Shown here one piece after another: positions 9,137-17,955 of a stretch of 50,901 bases of DNA. The stretch's first letter is position 1. Every line of letters starts with the position of its first letter. Position numbers and translations under genes: made by a program. The notes beneath the pieces were generated by a model. That model did not search any database, had not been told where the DNA came from, and saw only the letters and a program-made list of their open reading frames with translations. Origin of the DNA: Candidatus Gastranaerophilales bacterium (GTDB lineage: Bacteria; Cyanobacteriota; Vampirovibrionia; Gastranaerophilales; Gastranaerophilaceae). Location of the stretch: NCBI GenBank assembly GCA_947587605.1, contig CANPYB010000001.1, positions 1 to 50,901 of the forward strand, read 5' to 3'.

Positions 9137-10090
9137 ATGAAAATATCTGCTATTGGTTCTGACATAAATATCTTTAAGTCTTATACGAACAAGAATGCAC
9201 GATTGAATTTAATTCAAGATACTTTTATAAAATCAAATAATATAAATTTTAAAGGCAGTTCTCAAAACCCGCAATATGATGCACTTAAATCTGAAATGAC
9301 AGATTTGATTATGAATGAGGCAGGTTTTGATTTAAAATCAATAGAAAGAATAATTCAAAAATATTCACCGTCTACAACCTTTGATGATTATAAAAATCTT
9401 CCCAAAAATAACAATACTCATACTTATACTGCAGGATACACTCAGCAGCAGGTTAGCTTCTTGGTAAATGATAGCGGGCATTTAGTTGCAAAATCTTTAC
9501 CGCAAAAAATTTATGTAGCTGTTCCAAATACCTGTGATAAAAATGGCAGAATTATTTTTTTAGACAGAATTTTGCATGAATGTACACATGTTATGCAAAA
9601 TGAAACTTCTAATCATTTATCTTATGAGGATTTTTATAATCAATATTTTAGTAAAATGGATGATGTTGAAAAAGCACTTAATTCATTAAAAGCAGCAAAC
9701 TTTATTTATAACAGTGTCGAAAATGATGCACTTATGATTCTTGCTTATGGAATGAAAGATAAATTTGGTTCATTACCAAAACCAGTTTCTAAATATAAAA
9801 ATGATTTGAACAGTATTTTTATGAAAATAAAGCGTTCAAGTACTAAAACATATTTTACAAGTTTAATTGAAAATAGTGTTAAAAGTTTAGGAAGTAGTGT
9901 TGATAAGCAATTAATTATTGATTTTATAAAATTAAAATCCCAAAATGAAAAAGAGGCATATCAAAATGCGCTTAATTCCGACAAAGAATTGTTAAGTATT
10001 TCGGGATATACTGATTTCGATTTAAGAATTGAACTTTATGAGTCAATAATATCCGCTTGTGAAACCTTATTACAGAATAATAATCAGTAA
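9137..10090 (+). CDS. hypothetical protein with HExxH motif (possible zinc metallopeptidase)
   Basis: Start moved to MKISAIG, preceded by aggaaaaat. Contains LHECTHVMQNE. Its stop codon lies inside the 50-bp island repeat. Confidence 0.5.
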   Translation: MKISAIGSDINIFKSYTNKNARLNLIQDTFIKSNNINFKGSSQNPQYDALKSEMTDLIMNEAGFDLKSIERIIQKYSPSTTFDDYKNLPKNNNTHTYTAGYTQQQVSFLVNDSGHLVAKSLPQKIYVAVPNTCDKNGRIIFLDRILHECTHVMQNETSNHLSYEDFYNQYFSKMDDVEKALNSLKAANFIYNSVENDALMILAYGMKDKFGSLPKPVSKYKNDLNSIFMKIKRSSTKTYFTSLIENSVKSLGSSVDKQLIIDFIKLKSQNEKEAYQNALNSDKELLSISGYTDFDLRIELYESIISACETLLQNNNQ

Positions 10091-10137
10091 ATTATTTAAT
10101 TAAAATACAGCAAGAGCCTAAAATCATAATTGCGCTT
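10088..10137. repeat. left island direct repeat (attL-like)
   Basis: taaattatttaattaaaatacagcaaGagcctaaaatcataattgcgctt. It encodes an orphan copy of the last 14 codons of the EamA gene on the minus strand. Confidence 0.75.
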
Positions 10138-10484
10138 ACAGAAATTTTATGCGATTTTTCGTTTATTATTTTTAAAACATAGTGTTTTTTATATGAGCTA
10201 TACATTAATGAATCAGATATGGAGTTAAATATTCTGCGGTTTATTTGTAAATATCTGTTAATATGTTTTTTCTCCTTTTTCCTTTTTTTTAACGAATGAC
10301 GAGCAGAGGGTGCTTTACAAAAGTTTTGTATATTGATTTAAAGATTTTATTTTTTTTAAAAATAAAAGGTAGCAAAAACTTTAATTTTTGTATTTCTTTA
10401 TGCAATCTGTTTTTTTAAAATTGCTGCTTTAAAGTTTATGAATTATTGCTTTTCAGTAAGTAATTAAAAAAGAAAGGAAAAAAT

Positions 10485-11027
10485 ATGTGTACAGTAGAAC
10501 CAATTAGAAATATGGAAGATTTAAAAAAAATTGAAAAAATCTTAAAAAAACAAAGTTTAAGAAATTTACTATTATTCTTAATTGGAATTAATTGCGGTTT
10601 ACGTATTTCGGACATACTAAATTTGGACGTTAAAGATGTAAAGAATAAAAATTATATAAATATATTTGAGATTAAGACAGGGAAATATAAAAGATTTCCA
10701 ATTAACACGAAACTAAAACCGCTTTTAAAAAAATTTACCAAAGACAGAAATGATGATGAACCTTTATTTATTTCTATTTTTAATAATAGAATGGAACGAA
10801 CTCAATGTTACAGAATCATAAAAAAAGCCTGTCAAGATGCAGGTATAGATTATATTGTCGGAACTCATACTTTAAGAAAAACTTTTGGTTATCATCATTA
10901 TCAGAAATTCAAAGATGTTGCAATATTACAAAAAATATTCAATCATTTCACTCCTCAAGTAACATTAAAGTATATAGGTATAGATCAAGACCGGATAGAT
11001 GAGAGTTATATTAATTTTGTTTTATGA
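10485..11027 (+). CDS. small tyrosine recombinase/integrase (catalytic domain only, 180 aa)
   Basis: Catalytic signature present: GLRISD (R), HTLRKTF (H..R), FNHF (H), TLKYIG (Y). Confidence 0.85.
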   Translation: MCTVEPIRNMEDLKKIEKILKKQSLRNLLLFLIGINCGLRISDILNLDVKDVKNKNYINIFEIKTGKYKRFPINTKLKPLLKKFTKDRNDDEPLFISIFNNRMERTQCYRIIKKACQDAGIDYIVGTHTLRKTFGYHHYQKFKDVAILQKIFNHFTPQVTLKYIGIDQDRIDESYINFVL

Positions 11028-11055
11028 ATATAAATGTTATAAGTTATGGGTAAAA

Positions 11056-11238
11056 TTTATCTCAACAATATTATAGAATTGTTGAGATAAAATTAAAATT
11101 AACTATTTAAGTTTAACACAAAAATTTTTATATTTATAAATTGTTAAATATATTAATAAAATTTTTAACTGCTTAATTTCAGATATAGTTTGTATTCTAC
11201 CAATCTGAGCATACAACAATTCTATAATATTGTTGCAT
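11056..11238. promoter_or_regulatory. candidate invertible switch: two lox-like sites in inverted orientation flanking 129 bp
   Basis: Site 1 (11056-11091): 14-bp arms around spacer attataga. Site 2 (11211-11238): arms around spacer tctataat. The 22-bp cores 11063-11084 and 11214-11235 are exact reverse complements. Confidence 0.5.
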
Positions 11239-11278
11239 AAATTTAAAATTGTTTAATCGCTAAATAATCGGTGGAATA

Positions 11279-12133
11279 ATGGTAAAAGTTTCAATTATAA
11301 TACCTTGTTATAATCAAGGACAGTATGTTGCCGAAGCAATTAATTCCGCATTATCACAGACATACTCGGATATAGAAATAGTATGTATTAATGACGGTTC
11401 AACAGATAATACTCATAAAATAATTAAGAGTTTTGCAGATAAGTATAAAAATATATTATACATTAACAGTGAGAAAAATAATGGTGTAATTTATTCACGA
11501 AACACTGCAATTAACGCCTGTCATGGTGAGTATATATTACCATTAGATGCAGACGATAAAATAGAGTCTGCTTATGTAGAGAAGGCAGTAAAAATATTAG
11601 ATACTAATCCTAATATTGGGATTGTTTACTGCAAAGCAAGAATATTTGGCAAAAAAAATAGAAATTGGAAATTAAAAAAATTCAATAAATCTGACATATT
11701 ATATGAAAACTGTATTTTTAACACCGCATTGTTCAGAAAATCAGATTTTTTAAAAGTCGGAATGTATAAAAATTACATGATGAATGGTATGGAAGATTTT
11801 GATTTATGGCTTTCATTTATTGAACAAGGTCTTGATGTTTATCAAATTGATGAAGTTTTGTTTTATTATCGTAAATATGACCAAGAAACGAGAACACAGA
11901 TATTCCAAAAAAATCAAAATGAAATTTGGCTGTCGGTAATCAAAAATCACATAAATTTATATTTAAATGATAGACAATTTCTTGAAAGACTTATATTTTC
12001 TAAACCGTTAGAAGCAAGGAAAAAATATAAAAAATACAAAAACATTTTTTATATTTTACTTGCAATAACTGCTATTGAGTTAATGATAATTCTAATCTTT
12101 ATAATTACCTTAGTTTGGAGGGGTAATGTATAA
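11279..12133 (+). CDS. family 2 glycosyltransferase
   Basis: VSIIIPCYNQGQYVAEAINSALSQTY, INDGSTDNT and LDADD motifs, with a C-terminal TM segment. Confidence 0.85.
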   Translation: MVKVSIIIPCYNQGQYVAEAINSALSQTYSDIEIVCINDGSTDNTHKIIKSFADKYKNILYINSEKNNGVIYSRNTAINACHGEYILPLDADDKIESAYVEKAVKILDTNPNIGIVYCKARIFGKKNRNWKLKKFNKSDILYENCIFNTALFRKSDFLKVGMYKNYMMNGMEDFDLWLSFIEQGLDVYQIDEVLFYYRKYDQETRTQIFQKNQNEIWLSVIKNHINLYLNDRQFLERLIFSKPLEARKKYKKYKNIFYILLAITAIELMIILIFIITLVWRGNV

Positions 12134-13439
12134 AGAAAAGGTTTTTATTATAACCCAGAATGAAATTGTAAATACTACAGGCGGAGCTATTACATCTTTT
12201 ACAGATATTTCTAAATTTCTTTGCGAAAAATATGATGTATATGCTATTTGCTATACAAAAGAAACCCGAAATCCTAATTTAGATGAAAGAATTAAATTTA
12301 TAAATTTATACAATTATTATGGAGGCAGAAATACATTTTCAAAGGCTATAAATCTTTTTATTAAAGAGAATAGACCGTCTATTATTCTTTTTTTCTTTGC
12401 ATATTTATATGTTAATGCAAAATTGTCTAAAAAATATAATGATATTCCAAGAATATTATTATTTAGGTCAAGACCTGATTTTTATTTTGCGGTACATAAA
12501 AAAACAAAACATTTAAAAGATATATATATTAATACAATTTCACAAATTTTATTTCCAAGCTATCACAAATTATTACCCGAATATATAAGGAATAAAAATG
12601 TTGTTTGTATTCCAAATCCAACGAAATCGGTATTAAAATATATAAATACCGATGCGGAAAATAAGAAAATAATATATTTAAGCCGAATAGACTGTTGGAA
12701 AGGTCATGAATTTTTAATAAAGTCTTTTGCTCTGATTGCAAATAAATATAAAGATTGGACTATTGATATATACGGGCAGTCTCAGCCGCCGGAGCTTGAG
12801 CTGCAATTAAAGAAACTCGTTAAATCTCTGCACTTGGAAAATCAAATTCATTTTTGCGGAGTGACGAAAAATCCGTTTGAAACATTCATAAACTATGATT
12901 TTTGTGTATTTCCGTCTTATTTTGAGGGATTTCCCAATGGACTTTCAGAAGCGTTAAGCGTAGGTTTGCCTGCGGTCGGATTTAAAGGTGCCAGCGGTGT
13001 AAATGAATTAATTATTGATAATAAGAACGGGCTTTTGGCAGAAGAAGACTATAGCGATTTTGCTGAGAAAATTGAAATTTTAATAAATGATAAGAAATTG
13101 CGTTCTAAATTTAGTCAAGAAGCAGTTAAATCAATGAAAAAGTATGATTACAATATTATAAAAGATACTTGGATTAATCTGATAAATGAAACATTAAGCA
13201 ATAAGTGTACGGAACAGAGTAAGGAATTATATTCGGTTTCAGAAAAGTATGAATTATTTTCCATTAATAAATTACTTTCTATGCAAAATTCAAACATGAA
13301 ATTTTCATATCGTAATTTTGCAGAAAAAATATTTTCTATAAAAAATTATTACTCAAATTCCTGTAAGAAAATTTTAACAATATTAGGAATGAAAATAACA
13401 ATAAAAAAGCAGTTAAAGGAGAACGGGAGTGGGTATTAG
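12126..13439 (+). CDS. family 4 (GT-B, Glycos_transf_1) glycosyltransferase
   Basis: FPSYFEGFPNGLSEALSVGLPAVG motif. RBS ggagg; 8-nt overlap with the upstream gene. Confidence 0.85.
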   Translation: MYKEKVFIITQNEIVNTTGGAITSFTDISKFLCEKYDVYAICYTKETRNPNLDERIKFINLYNYYGGRNTFSKAINLFIKENRPSIILFFFAYLYVNAKLSKKYNDIPRILLFRSRPDFYFAVHKKTKHLKDIYINTISQILFPSYHKLLPEYIRNKNVVCIPNPTKSVLKYINTDAENKKIIYLSRIDCWKGHEFLIKSFALIANKYKDWTIDIYGQSQPPELELQLKKLVKSLHLENQIHFCGVTKNPFETFINYDFCVFPSYFEGFPNGLSEALSVGLPAVGFKGASGVNELIIDNKNGLLAEEDYSDFAEKIEILINDKKLRSKFSQEAVKSMKKYDYNIIKDTWINLINETLSNKCTEQSKELYSVSEKYELFSINKLLSMQNSNMKFSYRNFAEKIFSIKNYYSNSCKKILTILGMKITIKKQLKENGSGY

Positions 13440-14184
13440 TATAGGAATTATCGGCTGTGGATTTATTGGCGGAGCATTAAAAAAATGGATAGAAGAACAC
13501 AATCCGTCAATTAATATTTTGGTTTCAGATCCGCCAAAGGGAATGAATGATGATGTTTCAAAAGCTGATGCGATATTTATCAGTATTCATATTCCGACCG
13601 AGAAAAACGGAACACAAGATTTAACGCTGTTAAAAGAAATAATCGAAAATCTGCCTTTGAAAAAACCGATATTCATAAGAACGACAATAACTCCCGGCAC
13701 ATCAGACAGATTATCAAAAGAAACAGGCAGGCATGTATATTTTATGCCGGAATTTTTAACGGAACGAACAGCTTATGAAGATTTTTGTTCTCAGCCTATG
13801 GTGTTTACTGCAGAACCGGAATTACTAAGTTTGATTTTTAAAGGTAAAAAACACATAGAAATGTCTTCCTTAGAGGCAGAAATTACGAAATATGCGCACA
13901 ATGTATTCGGCGCATTAAAGGTAACATATTTTAACGGAATTTATGACTTATGCAAGAGATATGAGGCAAATTACAGAAAAATTCAACAAGGAATTTTATT
14001 AAGCGGATATATAAATACACCACACACACAAGTTCCCGGTCCTGACGGCAAATTCGGATACGGAGGCAAATGTTTTCCTAAAGATGTAAATGCGTTTACA
14101 AAAATTACGGAAGGACTTCCGCTGCACAGTTTATTAAAGGAATTACAACCTTTAAATATTAAATTTAGAGGTGAAGATAAATAA
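13429..14184 (+). CDS. compact UDP-glucose/GDP-mannose dehydrogenase-like protein
   Basis: Rossmann motif IGIIGCGFIGG, PEFLTERTAYEDF (cf. NPEFLREG) and catalytic-Cys motif GGKCFPKD. At 251 aa there is no C-terminal nucleotide-sugar-binding domain. Confidence 0.6.
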   Translation: MGISIGIIGCGFIGGALKKWIEEHNPSINILVSDPPKGMNDDVSKADAIFISIHIPTEKNGTQDLTLLKEIIENLPLKKPIFIRTTITPGTSDRLSKETGRHVYFMPEFLTERTAYEDFCSQPMVFTAEPELLSLIFKGKKHIEMSSLEAEITKYAHNVFGALKVTYFNGIYDLCKRYEANYRKIQQGILLSGYINTPHTQVPGPDGKFGYGGKCFPKDVNAFTKITEGLPLHSLLKELQPLNIKFRGEDK

Positions 14185-15203
14185 TGAAAGTATTAGTTAC
14201 GGGTAGTGCAGGGTTTATAGGTTATTTTGTTGCGTTGAGACTGCTAAAAGCAGGCTATACCGTTATTGGTATTGATAATGTTAATGATTATTATGATGTT
14301 AATTTAAAAGAAGCGCGGCTTAAAAATTTACATCAATTTGAAAATTTTATAGAAGAAAGAATAGATTTAGTTGATAGAATAAATTTAGAACGTATTTTTA
14401 AAGAGCATAAACCACAAAGAGTTTTAAATTTAGCTGCCCAGGCAGGAGTAAGATATAGTTTTGAAAATCCGTATGCTTATATAGATTCAAACATTACAGG
14501 TTTTGTAAATATAGAAGAACAGTGCAGACATAATGATGTTAAGCATTTTGTTTTTGCTTCAACCGCCTCAATTTATGGGGCAAATAAAAAAATGCCATGG
14601 GATGAAACAGACGGCTGTAATCATCAATTAAGTTTGTATGCAGCGACAAAAAAAGCAAATGAAGTAATAGCACATTCTTATGCGCATTTATTTAATATCC
14701 CGACAACGGGGTTAAGATTCTTTAATGCATATGGGCCCTGGGGCAGACCGGATATGGCTTTATTTATATTCGTAAAAAATATTATTGAAGGAAAACCTAT
14801 AAATGTATTTAATAATGGTCAAATGATTAGAGATTTTACTTATGTAGAAGATATTGCCGAGGGTGTTTGTAAAGTGCTTTTAGGGAAAGTTCCCGAAATT
14901 GATGAAAGTTGGAATGGGAATTCAGCTGTTCCTGACCCGTCTTCAAGCGGAGTAGCACCTTTTAAAATTTATAATATAGGGAATTCTCATCCTGTTGAAC
15001 TTATGCGGTATATAGAGCTTATGGAAAAAGAAATAGGCAAAAAAGCTATTATAAACTATATGCCGATACAACCGGGAGAAGTAGTTAAATCTGAAGCTGA
15101 TAATTCTGATCTTTATAAAAATTTTGATTTTAAACCTAAGGTGAATGTTGAAGAAGGTGTTCACAACTTTGTTAAATGGTATCGGGAATTTTATGGGAAG
15201 TAG
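14184..15203 (+). CDS. NAD-dependent epimerase, UDP-glucuronate 4-epimerase-like
   Basis: MKVLVTGSAGFIGYF, the YAATKKANE (YxxxK) motif, and the DNVNDYYDVNLKEARL signature typical of UDP-GlcA epimerases. Confidence 0.8.
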   Translation: MKVLVTGSAGFIGYFVALRLLKAGYTVIGIDNVNDYYDVNLKEARLKNLHQFENFIEERIDLVDRINLERIFKEHKPQRVLNLAAQAGVRYSFENPYAYIDSNITGFVNIEEQCRHNDVKHFVFASTASIYGANKKMPWDETDGCNHQLSLYAATKKANEVIAHSYAHLFNIPTTGLRFFNAYGPWGRPDMALFIFVKNIIEGKPINVFNNGQMIRDFTYVEDIAEGVCKVLLGKVPEIDESWNGNSAVPDPSSSGVAPFKIYNIGNSHPVELMRYIELMEKEIGKKAIINYMPIQPGEVVKSEADNSDLYKNFDFKPKVNVEEGVHNFVKWYREFYGK

Positions 15204-15206
15204 TTT

Positions 15207-15704
15207 ATGAAAATATTTAAAAAAATAAAATTTTACGACGGAAAAACAGAAATATTTTTATTTAACATAAAAGTATTTTCATACAGAAAAAAAGTTAATA
15301 ACGGATATGACAATGCCGAATACGTAAGGAGACTTGGCGTAAAAGTCGGTGAAAATACATATATTTGTTCCGGCTGTATATGGGGAAGTGAACCTTATTT
15401 AATTGAAATAGGAAAAAATTGTTTGTTATCGATAAACATAACTTTTTTAACTCATGATGCGTCGGTTCATGTGTGTAAACAGTATTTCTCCCAATCATAT
15501 ACAAGTGCAAACGCTGAAAATAATGCAATTTTTGGAAAAATCAAAATAGGGGACAATTGTTTCATTGGTTGTTCGTCAATAATTTTGCCGAACATAACTA
15601 TAGGAAATAACTGTGTAATTGGTGCAGGAAGTGTAGTGACAAAAAATATTCCCGATGGTGAAGTTTGGGGGGGGGCAGCCAGCTCATTATATAAAGAAAA
15701 CTAA
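15207..15704 (+). CDS. hexapeptide-repeat sugar O-acetyltransferase, C-terminus set by a G9 tract
   Basis: Left-handed beta-helix repeats (IGDNCFIGCSSIILPNITIGNNCVIGAGSVV). The G9 tract at 15667-15675 falls in the VWGG motif. Confidence 0.8.
   Translation: MKIFKKIKFYDGKTEIFLFNIKVFSYRKKVNNGYDNAEYVRRLGVKVGENTYICSGCIWGSEPYLIEIGKNCLLSINITFLTHDASVHVCKQYFSQSYTSANAENNAIFGKIKIGDNCFIGCSSIILPNITIGNNCVIGAGSVVTKNIPDGEVWGGAASSLYKEN
15667..15675 (+). repeat. homopolymeric G9 tract (candidate slipped-strand phase-variation site)
   Basis: Counted directly: tttGGGGGGGGGcagcc. Confidence 0.9.
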
Positions 15705-15865
15705 GGAATTAGCTGAAAAAATAGAAAATATTTTAAACAGCAGTGAACAGCTGGAACTGCAAAATATTATACAACAGCGGAACAGGAGTATGAAATAAAT
15801 AAACAAGGAAAATTAAGAATGAAAAAATACATAACAGGAGCAAAAGTATATAAAGGAGATTGTTT

Positions 15866-16727
15866 ATGTCGTTAAAAAAAGAAATTTTTTCAATAAGTAA
15901 CAAAATAATAAATAACAAGTCATATAAAGAAATTAAAATTTTGGGTATAAGATTAAGGTTTAAATCGAATCTTTCAAGACCATATAAATTTAAGGTAAAT
16001 TCAAAATATTTATCTAATAAATCAAAATTAGATCCATTCAAATATGATGACGATATGAATGATTTATACACATATTTTTTAAATTCTAATGATAAAAGTA
16101 TTGATAAAATGCATCATTACTTTCACATTTATAATAATCATTTTGAAAAATTCAGAAATAAACCCGTAAATATTTTGGAAATAGGAGTTTGCAAAGGAGG
16201 TTCTTTGCGAATGTGGAAAAAATATTTTGGAGAAAAATGCCATATATATGGGGTTGATATAGACCCTGCCTGCAAACAATATGAAGATTTAGAAAATAAT
16301 ATACATATTATGATTGCAGACCAGGGAAATCTAAAATCAATGCAGGATTTAATGAAACAGCTTCCCCAAATAGATATATTAATAGAAGATGGCGGGCATA
16401 CAACAAATCAGCAAATAACAACATTCGAAGCCTGCTACGATAAAATTTCCGATCTGGGGGGGGGTATATTTGGTAGAAGATTTGCATACTAACTATTGGA
16501 CAGAATTTATTGACTCCAAAAATACTTTTGTTGAATATGCAAAAGAACATATTGATGCTCTTAATGCCTGTTTCTTTAATTCAAATGACAGGTATAGAAG
16601 TTTGGAGGGAAAAGACAATTTGGAAGTTCCGTTATTTACTTGTATCACAGATAGCATTTCTTTTTATAACTCAATAATTGTTTTTACAAAAAAGAGAAAT
16701 TCAATTCCATTAAGTGAAAGAAGATAA
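15866..16727 (+). pseudogene. class I SAM-dependent (sugar O-) methyltransferase split by a frameshift at a G9 tract (phase-OFF state)
   Basis: Track ORFs 15860-16492 and 16470-16727 are two halves of one enzyme. LEIGVCKGGSLRMW and IEDGGH lie upstream, VEDLHTNYW downstream, and G8 would fuse them. ATG at 15866 with RBS aaggag. Confidence 0.8.
16456..16464 (+). repeat. homopolymeric G9 tract (candidate phase-variation site)
   Basis: Counted directly: gatctGGGGGGGGGtatatt. Confidence 0.9.
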
Positions 16728-16800
16728 AATCGGGTAGTCAGTATAAAACAAGGAAAAAATAAGAAAAATTTTAGAAAAATAAAAAAAGGAGCGATGTAAT

Positions 16801-17943
16801 ATGCAAAATGAAAATATGATACCTTTATTTAAAGTTTTTGTATCAAAAGATATAGATAAACCGTTACTTGAAACTATTCATAGCGGATGGATTGGCGAAG
16901 GACCGAGGGTTCAAGAATTTGAGGCGGTTTTGAAAAAATATTTTGGAAATGATAATTTGGTAACTTTAAATTCGGGTACATCGGGTCTGCATTTGGCTTA
17001 TCATATGGCATTACATCAAAATGATTATAAAGGTTATTATAATTCAAATGTAGATGAAATAATAACTACCCCTATTACCTGTACAGCAACAAATACTCCA
17101 ATTTTATGTAACGGAGCAAAAATAATTTGGGCTGATGTTGATCCTGTGACCGGTTCAATATCACCTGAAGATATAGAAAACAAAATAACTAAAAATACAA
17201 AAGCTGTTACAATGGTTCACTGGGGTGGTAATCCTTGTGATATAGATAAAATTAATGAAATTGCTCATAAAGCAGGAATTATGACAATAGAAGATGGTGC
17301 GCATTCTATGGGGATGGAATATAAAGGTAAAAAATTCGGCAACCATTCAGATTTTTCTGTTAATTCGCTTCAAGCAATTAAACATGTAACTTCTGTTGAC
17401 GGAGGTTTATTATGGATGAAATCTGAAAAAGATTATCAACGAGCAAAACTTTTAAAGTGGTATGGAATAGATAGAACAATAAGAGAAGGTATAGATTTAA
17501 GATGTGAAATAGATGTTCCGGAAGCCGGATACAAATTTCATATGAATGATGTTTGTGCATTAATAGGAAATGTTAATTTTAAACATTTACCGGAACTTCT
17601 TAAAAAACACAGAGATAATGCTAAATTTTATGATAAAGCATTTAAAAACTGTTCAAATGTTCTGCCTGTTTTGGAAAATCCTAACGGCAAATCTGCTTAT
17701 TGGCTGTATACAATTCATGTCGATAACAGAGACGAATTAATGCAAAAGTTAAAAAGTTTAAATATTATGTCTTCAAAAGTTCATGCAAGAAATGATACTC
17801 ACTCAATGTTTTCTGAATTTAAGTCCGAATTACCGGGAGTTGAAGCATTTAATAGAACACACTTATGCATTCCCGTAGGTTGGTGGGTAAGTGAAAACCA
17901 AAGAGAATATATTGCTGAACAAGTTATAAAGTATGCAAAGTAG
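16801..17943 (+). CDS. DegT/DnrJ/EryC1/StrS-family PLP-dependent sugar aminotransferase
   Basis: 380 aa with typical family layout: the IEDGAHSMG motif and a lysine region SLQAIKHVT. Confidence 0.85.
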   Translation: MQNENMIPLFKVFVSKDIDKPLLETIHSGWIGEGPRVQEFEAVLKKYFGNDNLVTLNSGTSGLHLAYHMALHQNDYKGYYNSNVDEIITTPITCTATNTPILCNGAKIIWADVDPVTGSISPEDIENKITKNTKAVTMVHWGGNPCDIDKINEIAHKAGIMTIEDGAHSMGMEYKGKKFGNHSDFSVNSLQAIKHVTSVDGGLLWMKSEKDYQRAKLLKWYGIDRTIREGIDLRCEIDVPEAGYKFHMNDVCALIGNVNFKHLPELLKKHRDNAKFYDKAFKNCSNVLPVLENPNGKSAYWLYTIHVDNRDELMQKLKSLNIMSSKVHARNDTHSMFSEFKSELPGVEAFNRTHLCIPVGWWVSENQREYIAEQVIKYAK

Positions 17944-17955
17944 GGGTGACTGTTA

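Noticed and set aside
10138-10484. Excisionase or other small gene between the left repeat and the recombinase
   Set aside because: Only ORFs of about 10 codons or fewer, without an RBS, are visible; the region looks like AT-rich promoter/leader DNA.
15733-16071. 112-aa minus-strand ORF between the acetyltransferase and methyltransferase
   Set aside because: It is low-complexity and hydrophobic with AT-driven composition. It overlaps the alternative-frame acetyltransferase tail and the methyltransferase start, and has no RBS.
16470-16727. Independent 85-aa gene
   Set aside because: It begins with a non-ATG codon in the middle of a conserved methyltransferase block and continues ORF 15866-16492 after a one-G slip. 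I treated it as the 3' half of one gene.
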